Of a DNA stretch of 35,747 nucleotides, positions 1 to 6,706 are shown piece by piece. Under the pieces are notes generated by a model. It made no database searches. It was not told where the DNA came from and saw nothing but the letters and a program-made list of their open reading frames with translations. The DNA comes from a virus. The stretch lies in IMG/VR virus record IMGVR_UViG_3300013883_000001; one strand, written 5' to 3'. How positions within the stretch are numbered: position 1 is the stretch's first letter; every line of letters begins with the position of its first letter. Position numbers and translations under genes: made by a program.

Positions 1-79
1 CAAGAAGCTAAAATTGACGAGCTACTTGAACGGGCCAGGCGGTGATGGTCATGCGGGGATTTTGGAATGATCCTGATGG
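1..79. repeat. 79-bp terminal overlap, identical to 35669..35747 (circular closure of the contig)
   Basis: Read directly: caagaagctaaaattgacgagc...gaatgatcctgatgg occurs at both window ends. It spans the stop of CDS 35474..35713 (TGA = 43..45) and the start of CDS 42..413, so the ends join into one continuous gene pair. Confidence 0.95.
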
Positions 80-413
80 GATCACTATCGAGGACCTTGC
101 GGTCCTTGCATCACTGGGGCTGTATGTCTTTGTTGGAGTAAAAATCGCCCTGGCTGGAGATGTCTCCACAAATCAGGTCGATTTTTTCGCTGTCTTGGGA
201 TACCCGATCATTGCGGCCATTGCCAAAAAAGCCATTGAACGGATTGGGTGGCCTACGCTTGGGCGGCGGGGACAGACCGCACCCTATCAATCTCCGTACC
301 TTTATGACGGATATGGTTACTCGCCTACCCCGCAACAGGCTTATGTCCCGAGGGATGAAGGCGGCGGCGAAGAACAGGCTGGGGCTGGAACTTCTAATAA
401 ACCCACAATTTGA
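42..413 (+). CDS. holin-like membrane protein (2 predicted TM helices)
   Basis: 123-aa ORF with two hydrophobic spans (LAVLASLGLYVFVGVKIALAG; FFAVLGYPIIAAIAKKAI) and a Y/P/G/Q-rich tail. GTG 42 overlaps the upstream TGA (GTGA); alternative ATGs at 45 and 51. Lies directly upstream of the endolysin. Confidence 0.6.
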   Translation: MMVMRGFWNDPDGITIEDLAVLASLGLYVFVGVKIALAGDVSTNQVDFFAVLGYPIIAAIAKKAIERIGWPTLGRRGQTAPYQSPYLYDGYGYSPTPQQAYVPRDEGGGEEQAGAGTSNKPTI

Positions 414-428
414 GGAGGTGTTTTTGAG

Positions 429-1232
429 TTGAAAGTTTGTATCGATCCTGGCCATGGCGGGGGTGATCCGGGGGCCATGGGGGTAAACGGCCGGCCAGAA
501 AAGGAGACCAACCTCAGGGTGGCCCTTTTTGTAGAGCAAGACTTAAAAAGAAGGGGCATTGAGGTTCTGATGACCAGGCGGGACGACCGGGATGTCGGTC
601 TTTCCGAGCGGTGCCAAATGGCAAACCGCTGGGGAGCCGATATTTTTGTGAGCCTCCACGCCGACGCCGCTGGCGGGCCGAGCGCCAAGGGACACCATGC
701 TATCCATAGCATCCATTCACAACCCGGTAAGGGTGGCAATAAACTGGCGAGGCTTTTGGTTGACCAGGTAACGCTGGCTACGGGCCGGCAACCATTCCCG
801 CGAGGAGATAATGGGGTGTGGACCCGTGAGAGTGAGAAAAATCCGGGGGTTGACTACTATGCGGTGATCCGGGAGACGGATATGCCGGCGGCCATATTGG
901 AGCGCGGTTTTCTCACCAACCCAGAAGATGCGTCCCTGCTGTTCGACGATAGCTTCTTGCGGAAACAGGCCCAGGGGATTGCCCGGGCCATCATGATGTA
1001 TTTCGGCTTAAAACTCGAGGAGGTGGCGGTAGCCATGTTCAAGGATATCGTGGGCCACTGGGCGCAAGGCAACATTGAGCACCTGGCCCAATTGGGTATC
1101 GTGCGAGGTCGGGAGGACGGCACTTTCGCCCCGAATGACAACATCACTAGGGCGGAAACAGCTGTGATCGTGGACAGGGCAATCGGGTATGTCCTGACCG
1201 AGGTTCAGAAAATGATTAAGGGGGCGGCATAA
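429..1232 (+). CDS. endolysin: N-acetylmuramoyl-L-alanine amidase (Amidase_3) with C-terminal SLH domain
   Basis: TTG start 9 nt after GAGGAGGTG. Amidase_3 signatures IDPGHGGGDPGA, SLHADA, ERGFLTNPED. The C-terminal FKDIVGHWAQGNIEHLAQLGIVRGREDGTFAPNDNITRAETAVIV reads as an S-layer-homology repeat. Confidence 0.9.
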   Translation: MKVCIDPGHGGGDPGAMGVNGRPEKETNLRVALFVEQDLKRRGIEVLMTRRDDRDVGLSERCQMANRWGADIFVSLHADAAGGPSAKGHHAIHSIHSQPGKGGNKLARLLVDQVTLATGRQPFPRGDNGVWTRESEKNPGVDYYAVIRETDMPAAILERGFLTNPEDASLLFDDSFLRKQAQGIARAIMMYFGLKLEEVAVAMFKDIVGHWAQGNIEHLAQLGIVRGREDGTFAPNDNITRAETAVIVDRAIGYVLTEVQKMIKGAA

Positions 1233-1589
1233 ATGGAAGATCTGGTTTTGCGGCTGGCCTATGACATCTTAGCCATCCTGATTACTGTGGCGGTGGCCCT
1301 GCTGATCGGTTGGCTAAAAAAGAAGCTGGGTATTGAAGGAATCAAGAAGGTGCAGGAGGAACTGACCGCCAAGCAGGAACTGGCACTCCTGGCGGTCAAG
1401 GCCGTGGAGCAACTCTGGGGTGGAGTGCTTCATGGGGAGGAAAAGGTCGAGAAGGCCGCCGAGTTTATATCCACACAGGCAGCCAAGGCTGGATTGACCA
1501 TTTCCCCGGAAGAGATTCGCACATTGATTGAATGGGCGGTACGTACCATGAAGGATGAATTTGGCGAGGAATGGGCCAAGCAGGCGTAA
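1233..1589 (+). CDS. LL-H-family holin-like protein (N-terminal TM, helical C-terminus)
   Basis: ATG abuts the endolysin stop. TM span ILAILITVAVALLIGWL, then GEEKVEKAAEFISTQAAKAGLTISPEEIRTLIEWAV, which matches my memory of the Holin_LLH family pattern. Confidence 0.65.
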   Translation: MEDLVLRLAYDILAILITVAVALLIGWLKKKLGIEGIKKVQEELTAKQELALLAVKAVEQLWGGVLHGEEKVEKAAEFISTQAAKAGLTISPEEIRTLIEWAVRTMKDEFGEEWAKQA

Positions 1590-1595
1590 TATGGC

Positions 1596-1636
1596 AGGAG
1601 GGGCACGGGCAGACCGGCCCCTCCTTTTGTTGTTTT
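1596..1636 (+). terminator. Rho-independent terminator ending the lysis operon
   Basis: AGGAGGGGC (1596..1604) pairs with GCCCCTCCT (1617..1625), followed by TTTTGTTGTTTT. Confidence 0.8.
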
Positions 1637-1662
1637 GGGGAGGTTGGTCATTTCGCCCGAAA

Positions 1663-1684
1663 TGAGAAAACCGCCCATCGGACG
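1663..1684 (-). terminator. probable terminator for the leftward HTH gene
   Basis: Minus strand reads CCGTCC-GAT-GGGCGG (6-bp stem with one G.U) followed by TTTTCTCATTT, about 25 nt after the stop at 1710. It converges on the + strand terminator. Confidence 0.45.
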
Positions 1685-1709
1685 GGTCATCCCGTTTCCG
1701 ATAGCCGGC

Positions 1710-1889
1710 TTACGATACGTCCAGTACCTCGGCGAGTTTACGGAGCATCTCGGGGTCTGGTTTTCTTTGCTCGCGTTCGTATCTATTAATTGTAGCATCG
1801 GAGACATTTAATAGCTTGCCTAATTGAGCCTGTGTAAGCCCCTTCCTTTGGCGGGCCTTTTTTAGTCTTTCTCCAAAACCCATACTCAT
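1710..1889 (-). CDS. XRE-family HTH regulator, 59 aa (leftward gene of the switch)
   Basis: Below the ORF-track cutoff; hand-translated as MSMGFGERLKKARQRKGLTQAQLGKLLNVSDATINRYEREQRKPDPEMLRKLAEVLDVS. AAGGTGG SD at 1891..1897. Classic HTH_3 pattern (LTQ.qLa..l.vs...i.r.E.g...P). Confidence 0.8.
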   Translation of the reverse strand: MSMGFGERLKKARQRKGLTQAQLGKLLNVSDATINRYEREQRKPDPEMLRKLAEVLDVS

Positions 1890-1914
1890 ACCACCTTACC
1901 AACTTGGTAATTTT

Positions 1915-1942
1915 ATTCTACCACAAGAGCAAGGGGAAACAA
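1915..1942 (-). promoter_or_regulatory. candidate leftward promoter (extended -10)
   Basis: Minus strand reads TGG-TAGAAT (-10 = 1915..1920, TG at 1922..1923) with a weak -35 TTGTTT (1937..1942, 16-nt spacer). O1 lies over the expected 5' UTR. Confidence 0.4.
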
Positions 1943-1972
1943 AATATTTCTACCAACATGGTAATTTCCCTC

Positions 1973-2001
1973 TTGACACTACCATATCGGTAGTTTATAA
2001 T
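1973..2001 (+). promoter_or_regulatory. rightward early promoter, perfect sigma-A consensus
   Basis: TTGACA (1973..1978), a 17-nt spacer, then TATAAT (1996..2001). The spacer is occupied by operator O3. Confidence 0.8.
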
Positions 2002-2045
2002 CAGAAGTGAAAGCTACCAGATTGGTAGGAAGGAGGTCGATAAGC

Positions 2046-2435
2046 ATGAAGCGGTATATAGACCTTGCTAAAATCAGAGCACTTCGCAAGCAGAAAGGTC
2101 TTACCCAAGAGGACATGGCGCAAGCCTTAGGATATGAAACTGCCATCGGTTATCACTATTTAGAAACCGGTAAGCGCCGTATTACTGCTGAAAGGCTTGC
2201 AGACATAGCAACCATTTTAGGCGTAAACGTCGATGATTTGTATACCGAAGAACCTACCAATATGGTAGCTAATCCCGCCATCAAAGAACAGGAGGTGATT
2301 CCCCATGTTAGCCCAAGACGCAATGGCTGCCGCCCGCGCAGAAGCCCTTGCTCACATCCAAAAGGCTTCCCTGGTAAGGGAACTGGCCACCATCACGGCA
2401 GGGTCGAAGCGGGACAACTGGCCGGTCAAGATTAA
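2046..2435 (+). CDS. XRE-family HTH regulator (Cro/antirepressor-position gene)
   Basis: ATG 2046 lies 9 nt after GAAGGAGG; the ORF-track GTG 2007 lies inside O4 and the UTR. HTH: LRKQKGLTQEDMAQALGYETAIGYHYLETGKRRITAERLADIATILGV. The last ~40 codons overlap the next gene and look non-protein-like. Confidence 0.75.
   Translation: MKRYIDLAKIRALRKQKGLTQEDMAQALGYETAIGYHYLETGKRRITAERLADIATILGVNVDDLYTEEPTNMVANPAIKEQEVIPHVSPRRNGCRPRRSPCSHPKGFPGKGTGHHHGRVEAGQLAGQD
2254..2268. promoter_or_regulatory. distal fifth operator O5 inside the rightward HTH gene
   Basis: CTACCAATATGGTAG, with both arms matching the consensus exactly, 240 bp downstream of O4. Confidence 0.6.
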
Positions 2436-2718
2436 GGTTCGCGCTGGCGAGTATTTCGAAGTTACCGGCCGGGCCACGAGGTTGGACCTCTACCTGACCG
2501 AGACCAATGCCGGTTATCTGGTGGCGGTACCCAATCATAACAGGTGCGGTCACGTGCCTGCAGACTGCAGCGCCTACGACGTCATGGACTATGTCGGGAT
2601 TGAAAACCAGGTCGATGCCACTACTTTGGCGGCGGCTATTCGATATCTGGTGTCCGCAGGATTAGCGTGCAGTCACCCTTCACCATCAATGCTACCAGAG
2701 AAAGGTGGTGATAAATAG
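2305..2718 (+). CDS. hypothetical early protein
   Basis: ATG 7 nt after GGAGGTG. 137 aa with protein-like composition; no motif recognised. Confidence 0.65.
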   Translation: MLAQDAMAAARAEALAHIQKASLVRELATITAGSKRDNWPVKIKVRAGEYFEVTGRATRLDLYLTETNAGYLVAVPNHNRCGHVPADCSAYDVMDYVGIENQVDATTLAAAIRYLVSAGLACSHPSPSMLPEKGGDK

Positions 2719-2782
2719 CCGGATGGCTCTACAGATGGGACAGCTCGACATGCCTTAACTCTACTGGAAGGAGGTGATAGGG

Positions 2783-3325
2783 ATGTCAATCGGGCAGGCT
2801 CTACGGGAAGCCAGAGAGCGGCGGGGCATGACGCAGGAAACGGCTGGCCAGATCGGCTACGTAAGCAACAAGATGGTATCGGCCATCGAGTGTGGCCGGC
2901 GGGCAGCCGGCCCGGATGTCCTGGAGCGGTTGGCGACCACCCTGGATTATCCCAGGCTCTATATGGAAGCGGCAGCCGAGGTTACAGGCGGAGTTTACGC
3001 CTCACCCTGGTTGGATGGCGACGGCGTGGATCTGCATCGGACAAGTGTCTGGGCCAAAACCTGCGAGGAACTGCAGGAGGCCATCAAGGTTGTGTCGGCG
3101 GCCGACGTGGTGAACGCCCCGAGCCGGGCCGACGAGGCTCACCGCCAGGCTGTTCACGACAGCATGATCCAGATCCTCGACGCCAGGGTAGCCATCGACC
3201 ACTACCTGGCGGTTATGTGCGAGGAATATGGCTTCAGCATCCTGGCGGTTTATCAGGAACATCGCCGGAAATTAGAAAGCCGAGGCTATATATCGCCCCG
3301 GCCAAAAAGAAAGAGCGCTTCGTAA
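2783..3325 (+). CDS. HTH (XRE) domain protein with ~110-aa C-terminal domain
   Basis: ATG 2783 follows GGAGGTG at 2770..2776. N-terminal IGQALREARERRGMTQETAGQIGYVSNKMVSAIECGRR is an HTH_3 pattern. Confidence 0.75.
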   Translation: MSIGQALREARERRGMTQETAGQIGYVSNKMVSAIECGRRAAGPDVLERLATTLDYPRLYMEAAAEVTGGVYASPWLDGDGVDLHRTSVWAKTCEELQEAIKVVSAADVVNAPSRADEAHRQAVHDSMIQILDARVAIDHYLAVMCEEYGFSILAVYQEHRRKLESRGYISPRPKRKSAS

Positions 3326-3409
3326 GCGCCCCATCCGAAATTACCCTACCCCTATTGTATCACGCCTAACAGGCTGGCACAAGAGGGGAAATGAAAGGAG
3401 GCCCGCAGA

Positions 3410-3622
3410 GTGGCCAGACAACCGAAAGACCTTGAATATCGAGCTGAATATGAGCCTGACATGGTCAGGATGGTCAGGGCCCTGCGGGTCCTCCTGAACT
3501 ACGATCCAGGAAAGGAGAATGACCATGGAACAGGCTCAAAAATCAGACCGGTGCATGAGGTGCAACCGGGCCCTGAGCAATCCCCACTCCATTGCCCGGT
3601 GCCTTGGACCAAAATGTTATAA
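3410..3622 (+). CDS. small hypothetical protein (3' third overlaps next gene)
   Basis: GTG 8 nt after AAAGGAGG. MARQPKDLEYRAEYEPDMVRMVRALRVLLNYDPGKE looks coding; the rest runs 104 nt into the next gene. Confidence 0.4.
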   Translation: MARQPKDLEYRAEYEPDMVRMVRALRVLLNYDPGKENDHGTGSKIRPVHEVQPGPEQSPLHCPVPWTKML

Positions 3623-3995
3623 GAAGGCCGGCGGCGGGGTGTTCGACGCCGATTTGCAGGCGGATGACAAAGAGTGGGCCCGCCGGGAGGAGTTGCTAAA
3701 GGCCGGCGGAGAGATTGACCTGGGGGTGAACTGGGATTACCCGGACCCTGGGAACATGATCAGGAGCTACCACATGCGCGTCAGCGTGAGATATAAGGAC
3801 GGGGCCTTTGAGGCCTACGGATGTTTAATGAAGCCCGGCAAGGACCAGGAAGAAGTGGTTTTCGCCAGGGGGCAGGACCTGAAGGTTATCTACCGAGAGG
3901 CCATCGCTGCGGGGCCGACCGCAACGGCACAGGCCTACCAGGCCAGGAAACCGGCCTTTAGAGCTGCTAAACGAGCCGCCCGACGGGCGAGTTAG
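3519..3995 (+). CDS. DUF6011-like zinc-binding protein
   Basis: N-terminal CMRCNRALSNPHSIARCLGPKC matches the C..C.r.L..p.S...G.G..C pattern I associate with DUF6011. The start may be ATG 3525. Confidence 0.6.
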   Translation: MTMEQAQKSDRCMRCNRALSNPHSIARCLGPKCYKKAGGGVFDADLQADDKEWARREELLKAGGEIDLGVNWDYPDPGNMIRSYHMRVSVRYKDGAFEAYGCLMKPGKDQEEVVFARGQDLKVIYREAIAAGPTATAQAYQARKPAFRAAKRAARRAS

Positions 3996-4006
3996 GAGGA
4001 TGATGC

Positions 4007-4129
4007 ATGAAACGCATGATCGCAGCCTTTGCAGGCAAGAACAAAGACTTCGGGCTTTACCTCTTAGCCATGCGGACCTGGCTCAATTGGGAGCGGTCCG
4101 GAGCGACCAAGAAGGCCGTAAACCAATAA
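4007..4129 (+). CDS. small hypothetical protein (40 aa)
   Basis: Hand-translated MKRMIAAFAGKNKDFGLYLLAMRTWLNWERSGATKKAVNQ. TAGGAGGA SD at 3993..4000. Fills an otherwise empty gap. Confidence 0.4.
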   Translation: MKRMIAAFAGKNKDFGLYLLAMRTWLNWERSGATKKAVNQ

Positions 4130-4145
4130 CGAGGGAGGATGTCAC

Positions 4146-4478
4146 ATGGATAAACAAGCATTAATCGAGCGCCTGCTGGCGCTTCCGGTTGATATCGAGG
4201 CAGCGGAAAAGCATGTATTGTCTATGTCCCAGGCCGTTGACGCGGCCCGGGAGCAAGTGGCGACCATTGAGAAGGACGCCATTCTGAACGGTGCCATCAC
4301 CGGCAAGAACGAGACTGAGCGCAAGGCCCAGATGGCCGCTCTTACGGCTGAAGCCAGACAGGCGGTCACAGAGGCGGAGACACAGCTAAGTATAGCCCGG
4401 GTGGCTTATAACCGTCTACTGAACGAGTTCAGGGCGCTGCAAACGGTAGCCCAGTTGTTGAGCAAGGAGGTGGCGTAA
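4146..4478 (+). CDS. hypothetical coiled-coil protein
   Basis: ATG after GAGGGAGGA. 110 aa, Ala/Glu/Leu/Gln-rich heptad-like sequence. Confidence 0.6.
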   Translation: MDKQALIERLLALPVDIEAAEKHVLSMSQAVDAAREQVATIEKDAILNGAITGKNETERKAQMAALTAEARQAVTEAETQLSIARVAYNRLLNEFRALQTVAQLLSKEVA

Positions 4479-5489
4479 GTGGCTGTGAACGAGACCGCTA
4501 TTGCGGTCATCAACGAGTATCCCCCCAGCAAATTCAACCTGCTGATACCTGTTAAAACCATGCAGGAGATCAGCCCTCTGCACAAGGTCGTAATTAATCA
4601 GGTCCAGATCAACCCCGACCCTAAGAGCGGTAAGGACGTTTACGCCGAGAAGAACGGCGAGCTTGCTCTTACCAAGAAGGGGCTGGCAAAGCTGATGGCG
4701 GCGGCCAATATTCAGGTAGTGGACAGCCGGCCGGTAACGCCCCAAAAGTGCCAGCGGTGCGCCGAAATTGCCCGGCAGACGAGGATGGCACCTCGTTGCG
4801 GGGATTGTCCCAGTTCCGACGACGTGGCCTACCAGGTGACCATTGCCGTTCCAGAGCCTTCCGGCACCTGGCGCATGGTCAGAGCCACCAAAGAACTGCG
4901 CATGGAAGACGAGCGGAAGAAAATGACCGATAAACAGTTCGATCAGTTCTTTCCTTACCGGACAGAGCATTGCGAGACTAAGGCGTTGAATAGGGCCCTG
5001 CGAGAAGCTCTGATGATTAGTCCGACCTACCCTGCGGCAGAACTCCAGAAGCCTTTCGCTGTCGCCTATGTGGTGCCCAACATGGCCGACCCGGAGATGA
5101 AGCGGGCCGTGGCCGCTAAATACGCCGGTTCAGTGGTGGAGTTGTTCGGAGCCGGATCGCGCCCAAGCAACGAGCTTCAACAGCGGTATTTAACCGATGG
5201 GTCCCAGCAGCAGGCTGTGGTTGAGATTGGCCCGGATGACCCTGACGAGGCTGAAATTACACCCGCAGCGCAAACAGAAGAAGTCCCGCCCTGGGAGCAA
5301 GATGATCCGTCGACAGAAGTGGCACAGGACACCATTGCATGCGAGGAGTGCGGCCAGGTGATCACGCCCTCGGGAAATTGGACGCCGGAGGCCATTCGAG
5401 ACTATAGCCAGCGGACATGGGGCAGGGTTTTATGCCCTGAATGCCAGAAGGCTGCCCGCAAGAACGGAAAGGCGGGTGGCAGACGATGA
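4479..5489 (+). CDS. double zinc-ribbon protein, possible recombination/annealing factor
   Basis: GTG directly after TAA, SD AAGGAGGTGG. CQRC-x12-CGDC and CEEC-x27-CPEC. ETKALNRALREALMI loosely resembles the conserved helix of SSAP families. The position next to the SbcCD-like genes is the main argument. Confidence 0.55.
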   Translation: MAVNETAIAVINEYPPSKFNLLIPVKTMQEISPLHKVVINQVQINPDPKSGKDVYAEKNGELALTKKGLAKLMAAANIQVVDSRPVTPQKCQRCAEIARQTRMAPRCGDCPSSDDVAYQVTIAVPEPSGTWRMVRATKELRMEDERKKMTDKQFDQFFPYRTEHCETKALNRALREALMISPTYPAAELQKPFAVAYVVPNMADPEMKRAVAAKYAGSVVELFGAGSRPSNELQQRYLTDGSQQQAVVEIGPDDPDEAEITPAAQTEEVPPWEQDDPSTEVAQDTIACEECGQVITPSGNWTPEAIRDYSQRTWGRVLCPECQKAARKNGKAGGRR

Positions 5490-6706
5490 GCATCCGCGTT
5501 CTCCATTTTGCAGATCTGCACATGGGAGAATACCCCGGCCCGACGGTGGCCGGGGTGAACTCCCGCCTCAAAGACATTGAGAACATGCTGTACCATATCG
5601 CCAACGAGGCCCAGGCCGGAATGTATGATCTGGTGGTGTTCGCTGGCGATGCCTTCAAAACCCGTAGACCGTCATACCGTGAAATCCTCACCGTAGCCAA
5701 CGGTTTGGCCCACGTTGCGCCCAGGGTGCCTGTGGTGGCTATATCCGGCAACCACGACACCCCAAATGACGGCAGCGAGGGCGCATGGGATGTAATCACA
5801 GCCATGAATATTCCCGGGCTGACGGTGCGAACCAGGCCAGCAGCGGATGTCATCCACACCAAATCAGGCCCGGTACAGGTGTTCTCACTTCCTCACTTCA
5901 CCAAGTCAACCCTTTTGCAAAAAGAAGAATATCGCGACCTCACGCTGGAGCAGATTAACAAGCTCCTGGGCGAGAAGGCTATGGACATCGTGCGCCATTT
6001 CGCGGGCCAGCGCGATCCAAGAATGCCATCCATATTGATGGCCCACCTGTCAGTTACCGGCGCCGAGCTCTCAAACGGCCAGAACATATTTATGGGGGCG
6101 GAACCGATCCTGCCAACTGCCGAGCTGGAGACGCTGGGGTTTGATTATGTGGCCCTGGGGCATATCCACAAGTTCCAGCAATTGTCACCGCGGGTGGCCT
6201 ACAGCGGCAATCCGGAGCGAATTGACTTTGGGGAAGCCGACGAGGACAAAGGATACCTATCGGTCGAGCTGGAGCCTGGCCAGGTGCCGGTGGTCGAGTT
6301 CCACAAGACGCCAGCGCGGAAGTTCGTAACCGTGGAGGCCGATCTTGAGACACCGGAGGACCTGGAACGGTTCTATGACGACCTTTCCGGCACTTATCCG
6401 GACGGGTCCTTCCTCCTGCTGCCGGATACCACCGGCGCAATGGTGCGGGTCAAGTACCGGGCGCCTGAGGAAGTGGCAAAGATGGTCAATCATCAGGAGA
6501 TCATCCGCCGCCTAAACATGGCCGGAGCCCACTATGTGGCCGGCATCCAGGCCGAGGTTGAACGGGCCAACCGGGCCAGGGATGAGGAAGTAACCGAGGC
6601 CATGAGCGTCCGGGATGCCCTGCTTAAGTATCTGGATAAAAACAATATTCCTGATGATGGTCTCTCCGGCATTGCTCAGGATCTTTTGCAGGAGGTGGCG
6701 ATTTAA
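5486..6706 (+). CDS. sbcD: Mre11/SbcD-type nuclease (calcineurin-like phosphoesterase)
   Basis: ATG 5486 overlaps the upstream TGA (ATGA). Motifs: LHFADLHMG, FAGDAF, ISGNHD, MAHLSV, ALGHIH. Confidence 0.9.
   Translation: MSIRVLHFADLHMGEYPGPTVAGVNSRLKDIENMLYHIANEAQAGMYDLVVFAGDAFKTRRPSYREILTVANGLAHVAPRVPVVAISGNHDTPNDGSEGAWDVITAMNIPGLTVRTRPAADVIHTKSGPVQVFSLPHFTKSTLLQKEEYRDLTLEQINKLLGEKAMDIVRHFAGQRDPRMPSILMAHLSVTGAELSNGQNIFMGAEPILPTAELETLGFDYVALGHIHKFQQLSPRVAYSGNPERIDFGEADEDKGYLSVELEPGQVPVVEFHKTPARKFVTVEADLETPEDLERFYDDLSGTYPDGSFLLLPDTTGAMVRVKYRAPEEVAKMVNHQEIIRRLNMAGAHYVAGIQAEVERANRARDEEVTEAMSVRDALLKYLDKNNIPDDGLSGIAQDLLQEVAI

Larger units (their letters stand above)
1896..2028. promoter_or_regulatory. 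operator cluster O1-O4, consensus yTACCA-N3-TGGTAr
   Basis: O1 1896..1910 TTACCAACTTGGTAA; O2 1950..1964 CTACCAACATGGTAA; O3 1979..1993 CTACCATATCGGTAG; O4 2014..2028 CTACCAGATTGGTAG. There is also a lone half-site CTACCA at 1918..1923. Confidence 0.75.

Noticed and set aside
1430-1807. Track ORFs 1430..1807 (-) and 1571..1789 (+) across the lysis/switch boundary
   Set aside because: They run through two terminator hairpins and overlap the well-supported LL-H holin and the 59-aa HTH gene in wrong frames.
2007-2045. Upstream starts given in the ORF track (2007, 2774, 5441, 11434, 12302, 16738, 17075, 17346, 33100)
   Set aside because: Each lies inside the preceding gene or a regulatory element and lacks an SD. 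An internal ATG with a GGAGG-type SD at proper spacing was preferred.
3315-3329. Hairpin GCGCTT-CGT-AAGCGC overlapping the stop of 2783..3325 as a terminator
   Set aside because: The stem is short with a 3-nt loop, and there is no downstream T-tract (CCCATCCG follows).
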